Source: an uncultured Bacteroidota bacterium (GTDB lineage: Bacteria; Bacteroidota; Bacteroidia; Chitinophagales; Chitinophagaceae). Taken from it: DNA of 64,000 nt. The position numbers were made by a program, and so were the translations under genes. Of this stretch, positions 10,249 to 21,047 are shown in pieces. Location: the NCBI GenBank assembly GCA_903881585.1, contig CAIRTW010000350.1, positions 2,988-66,987 of the forward strand, given 5' to 3'. Each line of letters opens with the position of its first letter. The stretch's first letter is position 1. The notes beneath the pieces were generated by a model. It ran no database searches. It was not told the origin of the DNA and worked only from the letters and a program-made list of their open reading frames with translations.

Positions 10249-10535
10249 ACAAGCTTTATTGCTAAAATTTCTCTACCCATACAACCTTTCCCGCCAAAAC
10301 CGCATATATTAAAGCAGCGACATTGAATAGTACAATTGAACATAAAAAACGCACTTGCGCTTTGCGGCCTTAAAACAAAATGAGTGCATTCCCCCTTTAG
10401 AGTTGGCTTTGTGCGCTGGCGAAGGGGGCTAGGGGGATGTTAATTGCGTCTTTGCGCGAAATCTTTTTTAAAGCCAATGCAGGAACCCCTTGCGTGACAC
10501 TTTTTGGATTTAACTTTTAACCTTTAACTTATTAA

Positions 10536-11078
10536 GTGACCGACCAGAAGGCCATAGAAGGATGCAGAAAACAAGACCGCATTTCGCAGAAGTATCTATT
10601 TGATGCTTACTCCGATGGTATGCTCATGGTGTGCATGCGCTATGTAAAGCACCTGCCCGATGCCGAGGAAATAATGCTGAATGGCTTTTATAATTTTTAT
10701 AAGAGCATTGACCGTTTTATCTACAGTCATGAGAATAGCATTGGCGGCTGGCTCAAAAAAATAATGGTGAATGAATGCCTGATGTTCCTGAGGAAAGCCG
10801 GTAGCCTGAAAATAATTGATGAGGAACATGCACTCGAAGTAGGCGGCGACGACGGCCAGATGGCGAGAATGAATGCGAATGAGATATTCAAACTGGTAAT
10901 GGCGCTGCCCGCGGGTTACCGCACTGTGTTCAACCTATTTGCGGTAGAAGGATACACCCATAAGGAAATAGCTGCGATGCTGAACATTACAGAGGGCACA
11001 TCGAAGTCGCAGCTGAACAAGGCAAAAGGAATATTGCAAAAGGCGGTGAAACAAAACGAAACGTACCATGAAAAATAA
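10536..11078 (+). CDS. ECF sigma-70 factor (GTG start)
   Basis: Region 2 (CMRY...DAEE, GWLKKIMVN) and region 4 (LPAGYRTVFNLFAVEGYTHKEIA...GTSKSQL). Confidence 0.92.
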   Translation: MTDQKAIEGCRKQDRISQKYLFDAYSDGMLMVCMRYVKHLPDAEEIMLNGFYNFYKSIDRFIYSHENSIGGWLKKIMVNECLMFLRKAGSLKIIDEEHALEVGGDDGQMARMNANEIFKLVMALPAGYRTVFNLFAVEGYTHKEIAAMLNITEGTSKSQLNKAKGILQKAVKQNETYHEK

Positions 11079-11859
11079 CAATGCAGATAAGGTGCTGATA
11101 GAAAAGCTGGGGTCATTGGATACCCTTTCGGGTGGTATTGTATATGGCAAGGAAGAGGCGTGGGAAAAACTGCAGGGCAGACTGGATGCTAAACCCGCAA
11201 AAAGCATAGTTTTAAAATATGGCATGGCCGCAGCGCTGGTGATATTGCTGGGCTTTACAGGTTTCTATTTTTACTTTGCCAAAGAAAACGTCAATACAAA
11301 AGCACAACTGACCAAAAGTACAGCCATTCAGCCACCTGTAGCACCAACCACTGTAATACAGCAGCCGGAAACAACCGCAGTATATACTTCGGTAAACATT
11401 AAAGAAGCTCCGGCACAAAAGAGGAATTATGAACAGGTGCCTCACACCTCCAGGGTGTGGGACACCTTGGCAACGCAAGTGCCGGAGGTTGTTGTTGAAA
11501 ACAAAATTGTGATTCAGCCAACCTCTTCTGGCCCTGTAGCCAAGCCTATGAAAGTCGTGCATATCAACGACCTCGAAAACGGCACAACTGAAACAAGTGA
11601 AGGAGTCGGCATAGTATCAAATTCCTCATCAGGTATGGACTTAGCAAGGTTACCCGTTGTAAATATAACAGATCTCATCAGGGAAGACTTTGAGGTAAAG
11701 AGAATATTGAACGAGAACAGGCTTTCCTATGGCCAGTGGCCTTTTTCGAAACCGGGAAGAGCCGCCACCCCGCATGATATTTACAGTGATCCAATACAAA
11801 AACATTCTTTTCAGATAAAATTCCATCCCGACAACCTCAGGCTGGAGCAAAACCAATAA
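11068..11859 (+). CDS. Putative membrane anti-sigma factor
   Basis: Overlaps the sigma stop; KEEAWEKLQGRL then one TM helix and a P/T-rich linker. Confidence 0.65.
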   Translation: MKNNNADKVLIEKLGSLDTLSGGIVYGKEEAWEKLQGRLDAKPAKSIVLKYGMAAALVILLGFTGFYFYFAKENVNTKAQLTKSTAIQPPVAPTTVIQQPETTAVYTSVNIKEAPAQKRNYEQVPHTSRVWDTLATQVPEVVVENKIVIQPTSSGPVAKPMKVVHINDLENGTTETSEGVGIVSNSSSGMDLARLPVVNITDLIREDFEVKRILNENRLSYGQWPFSKPGRAATPHDIYSDPIQKHSFQIKFHPDNLRLEQNQ

Positions 11860-11862
11860 AAA

Positions 11863-13092
11863 ATGAAACGATCAGTCTTATATGCCGCGCTTATCATCAT
11901 AAGCCTGCAGGGAAAACTTTATGCACAAAGCAACGACCAGGGCTGGACATGGTTCCCCCACACTACTCAGACCGACCTTGTGTTTGGCATGACCCATAAC
12001 TACATAAACATCCGGGATTTTGTAAACATTGGCGGATGCCAGATGATATTAGAACTGGACAATGTTGCCGACTTCGACCGGCTGAAGCACCTGGATTCTA
12101 TATTGCTGCTGCTGCGTAAAGACATTGAATTTTACAAGGACTCACTGGAAGCAAATAAAGGGGCTAACGGATTGATCGAATATGTACTCACAGAAGGATA
12201 TGACTTCAAGCAGATGCGATTCACGAGGCACAAGCCGCAGGGAGATATGTATGTAAACAAACAAGGCGAAATATCTATTCTGAAAATAGAACAGGATACA
12301 GTCAAAATTGTGTTGCACGTAAAAGGAAAGGAGGTGGAAACGTATTGGAGAGAAAAAGGCAAACTAAAGAAATCAGAAGGGAAACGAAAATTTGCGCCAC
12401 AATACGATATACAGGTAATGCTGTGTCTGAACAACTATTCAAATATTGACAAAGTAATAGCCGATAGTAGCTTACTGCGGCGTGCTATAGATACGTTGCA
12501 AATCACAGCAAATAAGCGGACGATAAAAGATCCTGTCAAATTTCCTTCGTCGTCTGTTTGCTGGGTTAATAAGGCCAACAGATCCCTTGATATTGCCACC
12601 TACAAGGGGATCATAAAAAATCAATATGCCTGGCCAAGAAATGCAGCAAACAGAGCAGATAAAATAACGGTGGTTCCCAATATTGGTGCAGGCATCATCA
12701 GGAACACACTGGCACCCACGGCGGAGTTAGGTCTATGCTACTACAACCGCAGGGGGTATCAGGACAATGAATACAATACTTACATAAATCTTTTCGCGGC
12801 CCCTTACTTCTTTTTTGACAGGAGTAGCAGCGGCGGGTATTTTGTAAGTGACAACTGGTTTGTAAACATCGAAATGGGTGGTGCCGGAGAGATACTAGGA
12901 ATAAAAACAAAGCTCCTGACGGGTGGGATAGGTTATCTTGCTATAGAGAAAGGCGGCTACTTTAAAGGTACTACAATGAAAGCGTTCTTAAACATCCGGA
13001 TGCCTAAGTGTTTTACAATTTCTCCCGAAGTGGTATTTACAGGAAATTTAAAACAGGTATTCCCCGGTTTAACAGTGAAACTGTTTCAATAG
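11863..13092 (+). CDS. Exported hypothetical protein with probable C-terminal beta-barrel strands
   Basis: Signal peptide; alternating aromatic/Gly strands at C-terminus; 3 bp after the anti-sigma gene. Confidence 0.55.
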   Translation: MKRSVLYAALIIISLQGKLYAQSNDQGWTWFPHTTQTDLVFGMTHNYINIRDFVNIGGCQMILELDNVADFDRLKHLDSILLLLRKDIEFYKDSLEANKGANGLIEYVLTEGYDFKQMRFTRHKPQGDMYVNKQGEISILKIEQDTVKIVLHVKGKEVETYWREKGKLKKSEGKRKFAPQYDIQVMLCLNNYSNIDKVIADSSLLRRAIDTLQITANKRTIKDPVKFPSSSVCWVNKANRSLDIATYKGIIKNQYAWPRNAANRADKITVVPNIGAGIIRNTLAPTAELGLCYYNRRGYQDNEYNTYINLFAAPYFFFDRSSSGGYFVSDNWFVNIEMGGAGEILGIKTKLLTGGIGYLAIEKGGYFKGTTMKAFLNIRMPKCFTISPEVVFTGNLKQVFPGLTVKLFQ

Positions 13093-13115
13093 TATATTCG
13101 TTGCAAATAGGCCTT

Positions 13116-14768
13116 ATGAAGACATTTCTGTTATCGCTTGTATTTGCCTGCAGGCTCGTATCTGGTTACTCACAACAGATTTCCGAAACCGATAAGCTGG
13201 CATCTTTGTGCAGGATCTGGGGCATGCTCAAATACTTTCACCCGGCGGTAGCACAGGGAAAAATGAACTGGGACGAAGTGTTTATTTCAGAGGTGGATTC
13301 ACTTGCTCATATCAATGATAAAGATGCGCTCAATGCCCATTATTGTCGGTGGGTGTCCGGTCTTGGAGATATCAAGTCTTATCTTGCCGAAACCACAGAT
13401 TTCGATAAAACCTGCAATTTCAACAGCTCGTTAAAATGGATCGACAGCGGGAGCGCATTCACACCGCAGCTAACAGCGCTTCTGAAAGATGTCGTTGTCC
13501 ACAGGTGTACAGAGCACAACCGGTTCGTACGCCCGCAAACAAAATTCGTGGCAGCGGCTGAATTTACAAATGAAGAGGAATATCCTGATCTTGTTTATCC
13601 TGCTAAGGAATACCGGATGCTCACCCTGGCGCGGTACTGGAACATGATCGAATATTTCTACCCCTACAAATACCTTACTGATAAACCTTGGGATGCTGTA
13701 CTGACAGAGTTTATACCTGCACTGCTTGATGCCCCAGACACTGCATCATATGTGCGGGCACTTTCCCGCCTGGTTGGCACTGAGAACGACAGCCACTCAA
13801 ATCTTCCGATACCTGCTGGCTTAAGGGCCGGAGTGTACTACCTGCCTGTTGTGCTAAAAGTATTTCCAGATAAAGCATTAGTAACAGAGATAGTAAATGA
13901 CAGCCTTGCGAAAAAAGACGACCTGCAACCTGGCGACGTTTTACTTTCGATCAACGACACGTCCATCTCGGACCTGATCCGGTATAAGCGGCCATATGTA
14001 GGTGCATCAAACGAATCGGTTGTGAGAAGAAATCTGAAGTATATGATCTCCGCTGGCAGAAGCAGCACGGCGACCGTTCGGTTTGATCGAAATGGTGTTG
14101 TAGCTACAAAACAAATGGATCGTTTCCCGCCGGGGCAAATAGGCTTTAACAAACCAAAAGAACAGGACGGGCCGTCCTACAAAAGTCTTAGTGATGGTAT
14201 TGGTTACGCGGATATGGCCCGGCTGAAAAAAACAGATATCAAACCCATGTTCAAAACCTTCAGCGAAGATAAGGCGGTCATTCTCGACATGAGGAATTAC
14301 CCCAATTTTATCGTTTACGACCTGTGTAATTACCTGGCCGCAGAAAAAACACCCTTTGTACAATTTCTCGCACCGGACTATTCTTTCCCCGGAAAATTTG
14401 TGAAGGATGAGCTCTCGGAATATGGGCAGAAGCAAGATGCGCGGTTCAAGGGAAGGATCATTATCCTGGTCAATGAGAACACGCAAAGCAGGGGTGAGTT
14501 TACTACAATGGCCTTGCGTGCTTTGCCAAATTCTACGGTCATTGGCAGCCAGACAGCAGGTGCCGATGGCAACGCGGTGGACGTAGTGTTACCCGGCGGC
14601 TACAAATTTATCATCAGTGGGCTTGGGGTCTATTATCCCGATGGCCGGGAAACGCAGCGTATTGGTATAAAACCAGACATATATGCAGAAGCAACCGTTG
14701 AAGGACTAAGGCAGGGAAAGGATGAGGTACTGGGCAGGGCAATTAGCTACATTACATCTGGCAAATGA
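13116..14768 (+). CDS. S41 family peptidase (secreted, PDZ-containing)
   Basis: IWGMLKYFHP, YWNMIEYFYPYK, NDSH, LDMRNYP, TQSRGE, GSQTAGADG, GIKPDI; start MKTFLL. Confidence 0.88.
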   Translation: MKTFLLSLVFACRLVSGYSQQISETDKLASLCRIWGMLKYFHPAVAQGKMNWDEVFISEVDSLAHINDKDALNAHYCRWVSGLGDIKSYLAETTDFDKTCNFNSSLKWIDSGSAFTPQLTALLKDVVVHRCTEHNRFVRPQTKFVAAAEFTNEEEYPDLVYPAKEYRMLTLARYWNMIEYFYPYKYLTDKPWDAVLTEFIPALLDAPDTASYVRALSRLVGTENDSHSNLPIPAGLRAGVYYLPVVLKVFPDKALVTEIVNDSLAKKDDLQPGDVLLSINDTSISDLIRYKRPYVGASNESVVRRNLKYMISAGRSSTATVRFDRNGVVATKQMDRFPPGQIGFNKPKEQDGPSYKSLSDGIGYADMARLKKTDIKPMFKTFSEDKAVILDMRNYPNFIVYDLCNYLAAEKTPFVQFLAPDYSFPGKFVKDELSEYGQKQDARFKGRIIILVNENTQSRGEFTTMALRALPNSTVIGSQTAGADGNAVDVVLPGGYKFIISGLGVYYPDGRETQRIGIKPDIYAEATVEGLRQGKDEVLGRAISYITSGK

Positions 14769-14834
14769 CAGGTGCCCACCACCCATCAAAGGCAGCAAAC
14801 AATTTGAAATCATTTTTTATCAGCTTATAAACTC

Positions 14835-15902
14835 ATGAGAAAATACATCGCAATTTTGCTTGTCTCCATAACATCCATTTGCCGGGCGCAGGACTCCGTG
14901 CTTAGCGCCTATCTTGTACAGCACAGGTACACCATAGACCTCAATGATCCCAAAGCATTTCATATGCTGCCGGATTTGATGAAAGGGAAGAACCTGTTTG
15001 TTCTTGGGGAAGGTGGCAGCCATGGCTTGCAGCTGTACAACTCCCTGAAACCTGCCATCATCAACCAGCTGACTACCCAACATCTTAAGACTTTCTTTAT
15101 TGAGCTTGGCAGATCTACCGCCTTTGTGCTTGACAAATACCTGCACAATGGATCTGCTGCCTGCAATTGCGCGTTTCCCAAATATTGCACGATCATGGAC
15201 CGTGAAAAAGCAGTTTGGAAACCGGAGCACGATTTCAAAGTAGTAGGAATAGACTTTGAAGTGCGAATGGATCTCAATACCGCTTTGAATGACCTTTTTA
15301 AAGTTGCAGACTTCAACAAAATCCCCACTACTAAAGCGTTCCTCTCTGATCTACTCGACAGCACCATTCTGAAAATAACCCATAAAGAGTTTATGAAGTT
15401 TTACAGGAAGAAACGAAAAGAACTTTACCGGAATGAAACTGCGATCCGCCAGGAAACCGGTGATAAATTCCCTGTACTTAAATATCTCGTTACCAACCCA
15501 AACACCGCTTTGCCGAATCATGACAGGAACCCATCCATGGCCCGCAACCTCCTGCATGAAATAACACCGCTGGACACTATTGGCGTATATTTTCTTACCA
15601 TCGGCATGGCACATTCGTTGCCTTGCGACCACTATTCTGTTGTGCACAAACTATGCAAAAGTGCAGTGCTGCAAAACAGGGTATTGGTTATGAACCTTCA
15701 TTGCGAAAACTGTTCATTAAATGGAACCCCGTTAACCGGCAAAACCATGTTGCGGTTTATGAACGATGAGGATATCGAGGCTTGTTTCAGCAAAGCGGCA
15801 ATTGGCAGCTATACGCTCTTCGATCTCTCGCAGCTGCCCGATGAGTATTCCAACATCAAAAAATACGGAGATCTGTTATTATTGGCAAAGGGCCAGCACT
15901 AA
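14835..15902 (+). CDS. Exported erythromycin-esterase/TIKI-superfamily-like protein
   Basis: Signal peptide; LGE..SHG, FFIELG, GIDFE, RN..MA.N and GMAH motifs. Confidence 0.55.
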   Translation: MRKYIAILLVSITSICRAQDSVLSAYLVQHRYTIDLNDPKAFHMLPDLMKGKNLFVLGEGGSHGLQLYNSLKPAIINQLTTQHLKTFFIELGRSTAFVLDKYLHNGSAACNCAFPKYCTIMDREKAVWKPEHDFKVVGIDFEVRMDLNTALNDLFKVADFNKIPTTKAFLSDLLDSTILKITHKEFMKFYRKKRKELYRNETAIRQETGDKFPVLKYLVTNPNTALPNHDRNPSMARNLLHEITPLDTIGVYFLTIGMAHSLPCDHYSVVHKLCKSAVLQNRVLVMNLHCENCSLNGTPLTGKTMLRFMNDEDIEACFSKAAIGSYTLFDLSQLPDEYSNIKKYGDLLLLAKGQH

Positions 15903-15980
15903 AGCCATTCCTGTCATTTCTGAATCATACTCCGCTATTTTGCATAATTTTAGCGGCAAATACAGAGCCGGTTCCATAAA

Positions 15981-17081
15981 ATGAAACGATTAATACTGCT
16001 GATCTTTTTGCTGATTAACACCCTATGCCACGCACAGCAATTTGGGTGCTTTAATGCCGCGCCGGATAAAAGCTTAGAATTAACAGTCGATACAAACGTA
16101 AACCTTATCAAGTACGATGCATTCTTCTTCGGCGAATTTCATGGTGTATATGGCACATCGGAAGTAAAGCTGGCACTCATCAAATACCTCAATAAGAACT
16201 ATGATGTTTCTGATGTATTCATGGAGATAGGGTTCAGTGCTGCATACCTGTACAATGAGTTCCTGGCCACCGGAGACACTATGTTGTTCGCGGCCCCGGT
16301 GCTTATCTACGCCCAGAAAAAACCTAATGTTGACTTCTGGCTGGACTTGTACAATTACAACAAAACCGCACAACACAAAATAACCATAAGAGGCATGGAT
16401 TTTGAACGGGCCGAATTCCTGAAGGTGCTTAAAATGCTGATGCCACCTAACAAGGAAAAGCCCCTGGACCTATACACGACACTGGCTTATATAGACACGG
16501 TAACCATTCAGGACATTGGCCTTATAAACAGTGAAGAGCAGGTTGCATACAACAGCCTCTATGAAGATATACGCGATGAGATAGACGCCAACAGGGCCTC
16601 CTACGAAACCTACTACGGCGCCAATTTTAAGACCGTGGAAGAGATCATGTTCAACGAAAATACCTACAACAACTATGGCAAGCGCAACAAAACGATGTAC
16701 GGGAATATGATGACGCAAATAGAGCGCGACAGCATAAAGAAGTTCATCACCTTCGCAGGGTTGCAGTATGGCAATATGGCCCACAAAAAGACGCTCTGCG
16801 GCATGATAAAGAACAACAAGGGTTTCCGCGACCGGTTTGTAAACATCGCCATGACCTGCCGCAACTGCTACGACTGGCAGCTGAAACCAAAATACCGGTT
16901 TGCAGAAAACCGCGCCCCCTATACCTACTACCTCGATAAGAAAATGATGGATGAGATCTACAGCAAGTATTTTAATGTAAATTGTAAATACACACTACTC
17001 CCAACCCCAGCCGTAAAACATGTTATCGTGAAAAGATTCTCTGATTACATCATCCTGATGAAGGACCAGGGGGAGTTTTGA
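15981..17081 (+). CDS. Exported erythromycin-esterase/TIKI-superfamily-like protein (paralogue)
   Basis: Signal peptide; FGEFHG, FMEIG, N.FL.TGD, GMDFE and RNKTMYGN motifs. Confidence 0.6.
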   Translation: MKRLILLIFLLINTLCHAQQFGCFNAAPDKSLELTVDTNVNLIKYDAFFFGEFHGVYGTSEVKLALIKYLNKNYDVSDVFMEIGFSAAYLYNEFLATGDTMLFAAPVLIYAQKKPNVDFWLDLYNYNKTAQHKITIRGMDFERAEFLKVLKMLMPPNKEKPLDLYTTLAYIDTVTIQDIGLINSEEQVAYNSLYEDIRDEIDANRASYETYYGANFKTVEEIMFNENTYNNYGKRNKTMYGNMMTQIERDSIKKFITFAGLQYGNMAHKKTLCGMIKNNKGFRDRFVNIAMTCRNCYDWQLKPKYRFAENRAPYTYYLDKKMMDEIYSKYFNVNCKYTLLPTPAVKHVIVKRFSDYIILMKDQGEF

Positions 17082-17086
17082 TCTCA

Positions 17087-17521
17087 TTAGGGCTCCCGTT
17101 TAAACTTATAAGTGGTCTTTACAAACCCATTTGCCTCATAAAACCGGTGGGCATCTACCCGCTTAAAGCCTGATGCAACTTCGAGCAGTACATAGTCTTC
17201 TTTTGCAAGCCGCTTCAATAGCGATTCTAATAGCCTCTTGCCCACACCTCTGCTCCTGTACTCCGGTACCACATACATTTCCTGTATCTCATACACCAGC
17301 CCGCAGTGGTGCATCAATAGCTGCCCATGGCAACTGATGTAACCCACGGCCTCATCCTTGGCCATTGCAACAAGGTAATGACTATGTTGTGCATTCAGGT
17401 TTTGAGCATAGCATTGATGCATCGCAGTCTTATCAAACACCTCGTTTTCCAGCCCGCATACGAACTCGTATATAGCATCGAAATCAGTTATTGCCGCCAG
17501 CCTGATGGTGATGTCAATCAT
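17087..17521 (-). CDS. GNAT acetyltransferase, PhnO-like
   Basis: EIQEMYVVPEYRSRGVGK acetyl-CoA motif; R.DAHRFY..NGF; start MIDITIR. Confidence 0.85.
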   Translation of the reverse strand: MIDITIRLAAITDFDAIYEFVCGLENEVFDKTAMHQCYAQNLNAQHSHYLVAMAKDEAVGYISCHGQLLMHHCGLVYEIQEMYVVPEYRSRGVGKRLLESLLKRLAKEDYVLLEVASGFKRVDAHRFYEANGFVKTTYKFKREP

Positions 17522-17543
17522 AAAATTGGATTGACCCAAATGT

Positions 17544-17574
17544 AAAAAAAAGCCCCCGATTTCTCGAGGGCTTT
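17544..17574 (-). terminator. Intrinsic terminator of the atp operon
   Basis: Minus strand AAAGCCCTCGA-GAAA-TCGGGGGC followed by a T run. Confidence 0.85.
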
Positions 17575-17632
17575 GTATATCTGTTATTTTGAAAACAATC
17601 CTAATTCCCAAGGACCAATTCCCAATTCCAAA

Positions 17633-19213
17633 CTAATTCTTAAACTGCGGTATCAGCTCCTGTGCCAGCTTGGTGAGCTTTGCAAGGCCTTCTTCAGGCA
17701 GGTTGCCCTTCTTGAATTCCTTGAGTACATCACTATGCTTCAGTTCCATCTGCTGCAGGAATATCTCTTCAAATGCTTTTACATTCTTCACCGGTACTTC
17801 GCGGATCAGGTTGTTGGTACCCAGATACAGGATAGCAACTTGCTTCTCCACGCTATATGGGTTGAACTGCAGCTGCTTCAATATTTCCACGTTGCGGCTG
17901 CCCTTGTCAATGATGTTTTTGGTTGCAGCATCGAGGTCTCCGCCAAATTTGGAGAACGCTTCCATTTCCCGGAAAAGCGCCTGGTCCAGCTTCAGCGTAC
18001 CCGCTACTTTCTTCATCGACTTGATCTGCGCATTGCCACCCACGCGGCTCACAGAGATACCTACGTTGATCGCAGGGCGGATACCGGAGTTGAACAGGTT
18101 CGACTCAAGGAATATCTGTCCGTCGGTAATGGAGATCACGTTTGTTGGGATGTATGCAGATACGTCACCAGCCTGTGTCTCAATGATCGGCAGCGCGGTA
18201 AGTGATCCGCCACCCTTTACCAGGTGCCTGATGCTCTCAGGAAGGTCGTTCATTTGCTTTGCAACGTCGTTGTTGTTGATGACTTTCGCAGATCGCTCCA
18301 GCAAGCGGCTATGCAGGTAGAATACGTCGCCCGGGTAAGCCTCGCGGCCCGGAGGGCGGCGCAGCAGCAGCGATACCTCACGGTAAGCCACAGCCTGCTT
18401 GGAAAGATCATCATAAATGATCAGCGCCGGACGGCCTGTATCACGGAAGAACTCTCCTATGGCAGCGCCCGCAAATGGTGCGTAGAACTGCAGCGGAGCA
18501 GGCTCAGATGCAGAAGCAGCCACGATGGTAGTGTATGCCATTGCGCCATTGTCTTCCAGCGTCTTCATTACCTGTGCTACAGTAGATGCTTTCTGCCCGA
18601 TAGCTACATATATGCAATACACCGTATTACCGGCAGCATGAAATTCTTTTTGGTTAATGATGGTATCCACACAGATAGCGGTCTTGCCTGTCTGGCGGTC
18701 ACCGATCACCAGCTCACGCTGGCCACGGCCTATCGGTATCATCGCGTCTATCGCCTTGATACCTGTCTGCAGTGGTTCTTTTACCGGCTCACGGAAGATA
18801 ACGCCCGGCGCTTTACGCTCCAGCGGCATTTCATACAGTTCGCCCTGTATCTGGCCTTTGCCGTCTATAGGCTCGCCCAGTGTGTTCACCACGCGGCCAG
18901 CCATACCATCGCCTACCTTGATAGATGCGATCTTGTTGGTGCGCTTTACTTTGTCGCCTTCCTTGATCTGCATATAGTCGCCCATGAGCACCACGCCCAC
19001 GTTGTCTTCTTCAAGATTCAGCGCTATTGCTTTTACGCCGTTGCCAAATTCAACGAGCTCACCCTGGCGCACGCCGTTAAGGCCATACACGCGGGCAATA
19101 CCATCTCCTATCTGCAATACGGTACCTACTTCTTCGAGGGTAGCCGCGTTATCAACGTGGCTCAGCTGCTGGCGGAGGATCGCCGATATTTCGTCCGGTT
19201 TAATATCAACCAT
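17633..19213 (-). CDS. atpA: F1 ATP synthase alpha subunit
   Basis: [29 protein letters not shown]. Confidence 0.99.
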   Translation of the reverse strand: MVDIKPDEISAILRQQLSHVDNAATLEEVGTVLQIGDGIARVYGLNGVRQGELVEFGNGVKAIALNLEEDNVGVVLMGDYMQIKEGDKVKRTNKIASIKVGDGMAGRVVNTLGEPIDGKGQIQGELYEMPLERKAPGVIFREPVKEPLQTGIKAIDAMIPIGRGQRELVIGDRQTGKTAICVDTIINQKEFHAAGNTVYCIYVAIGQKASTVAQVMKTLEDNGAMAYTTIVAASASEPAPLQFYAPFAGAAIGEFFRDTGRPALIIYDDLSKQAVAYREVSLLLRRPPGREAYPGDVFYLHSRLLERSAKVINNNDVAKQMNDLPESIRHLVKGGGSLTALPIIETQAGDVSAYIPTNVISITDGQIFLESNLFNSGIRPAINVGISVSRVGGNAQIKSMKKVAGTLKLDQALFREMEAFSKFGGDLDAATKNIIDKGSRNVEILKQLQFNPYSVEKQVAILYLGTNNLIREVPVKNVKAFEEIFLQQMELKHSDVLKEFKKGNLPEEGLAKLTKLAQELIPQFKN

Positions 19214-19356
19214 ATCTATAAATTAAAATTCAAAAGTTAAAGTCTAAAGTCGTTAGTAGAAAGTCTAAAGCTGTTATCAATAAAACTCCCATTTTTCACT
19301 GTTCCCCAAACTCATTCGACCTCACCCTCTCCCTGGGAGAGGGCGGGGAGAGGCTC

Positions 19357-19920
19357 TTACATTTTCGTCACATAGCTCGTGTCTATCACCTGGTTCCTGA
19401 GGTCATTCAGGCTCTTCTGCACACTCGCGTCAAACAGTTTGTCTTCCACTTCCAGCACAAAACCACCTATCAGCCGCTCATCTACCGCTGTTTTTATTTC
19501 TACCTTGTCATTGGGCATAAAGCTCGACACCTTGGCCACAATGCTGTTTTTCATTGCATCGTTTATTGGTGTTGCGGTTGTCAGCTTCACCGTCCTTATG
19601 TTCTTCAGGCTATTGTATTGCTCTATAAATGCAGGCGCTATCTCAGGCAGGTTCAGTTCACGCCCTTTTGCTACCAGCAGGTTCAGTAATGCCTGTGTGA
19701 ACTGGTTGATATTAAAGCGCTTCAGCACTTCATTAATAACACTGAGTTTTTTATCAGCGCTGATAATGGGGCTGCGTAGCATCATATCAAAATCGCGGCT
19801 CTGCGTGCAAACGCTGTTCAGTACCTGCATATCCTGCAGCACGGCATCCAGGCAGTTTTTCTCTACCGCCAGGTCCAGCAATGATTTCGCATATCTTGAT
19901 GCTAAGCGTGGATTTTGCAT
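19357..19920 (-). CDS. atpH: ATP synthase delta subunit
   Basis: ASRYAKSL, LIGGF, DASV; operon position. Confidence 0.97.
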   Translation of the reverse strand: MQNPRLASRYAKSLLDLAVEKNCLDAVLQDMQVLNSVCTQSRDFDMMLRSPIISADKKLSVINEVLKRFNINQFTQALLNLLVAKGRELNLPEIAPAFIEQYNSLKNIRTVKLTTATPINDAMKNSIVAKVSSFMPNDKVEIKTAVDERLIGGFVLEVEDKLFDASVQKSLNDLRNQVIDTSYVTKM

Positions 19921-19984
19921 GTTCCTAATTAAAAATTCAAAAGTAAAAATTCAAAAACTTAAGCCCCTTTAGGGGTTTGGGGGT

Positions 19985-20479
19985 TTAATTCAACTTAATA
20001 TCTTCAGCCAGCATCTTCATATAAGCTTCCTGGCCTTCTGCTGCGCTCAGTTGTTTGCGCAGTATTCTGCCGGCTACTTCTATTGCCATGCTGCCTATTT
20101 CGTTCTTCACTTCAGTAAGCGCAGCATTTTTCTGCTGTGTTATCTGCAGCTGAGCGTCTATGATTATCTTATTGGCTTCTGTTTTAGCCTGGTCCTTCGC
20201 CTCATTGATGATGCGGTCCTTCATTTCCTTGGCTTCCTTCAGCATAGTTGTGCGCTCTTCGCGGGCCTGTACCAGCAGTTTTTCGTTTTCTGATTTCAGC
20301 TGGCTCATTTCGTTCCTTACACGCTCAGCAGTAGCTATCGATTCAGCTATGCCTTTTTCGCGCTCGCCCAGCGATTCCAGGATGGGCTTCCACGCAAATT
20401 TCTTAAGGATAACAAATACAAGCAGGAACGCTACGAGCGTCCAGAAAAATAAACCGAGTTCCGGGGTTAATAAATCCAT
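19985..20479 (-). CDS. atpF: ATP synthase b subunit
   Basis: GLFFW TM helix, KFAWKPI, coiled coil. Confidence 0.97.
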   Translation of the reverse strand: MDLLTPELGLFFWTLVAFLLVFVILKKFAWKPILESLGEREKGIAESIATAERVRNEMSQLKSENEKLLVQAREERTTMLKEAKEMKDRIINEAKDQAKTEANKIIIDAQLQITQQKNAALTEVKNEIGSMAIEVAGRILRKQLSAAEGQEAYMKMLAEDIKLN

Positions 20480-20490
20480 TGTTAAAGTGT

Positions 20491-20660
20491 TTTAACCCCC
20501 TGCCCCTAAAGGGGAGTGCAGGGAGTCGTTAATGTTAAGCATCAGTGCTGCTATTATGCAGCGTATAGTAAAGAACTAATTGTTACTGTTTAATTAATGG
20601 CCCCCAGCTGATGTCTTAGGACAAAAGTACTCCCCCTTTAGGGGGAAGGGGGGGGTAAAA
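20491..20660. repeat. REP-doublet / MITE-like element with terminal inverted repeats
   Basis: TTTTAACCCCCTGCCCCTAAAGGGGAGT ... ACTCCCCCTTTAGGGGGAAGGGGGGGTAAAA; arms are imperfect reverse complements. Confidence 0.7.
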
Positions 20661-20718
20661 TAACTGCATCCTCTGCCCTCTGCGTTGGATGCAGTTATTA
20701 CTTTCTTTGGCCTAACTA

Positions 20719-20985
<267 letters not shown>

Positions 20986-21047
20986 TTAAAAAAAACGATA
21001 AAATATTTTACAAAGCGACTATCTACTAATTACTATCTACTAAAATA

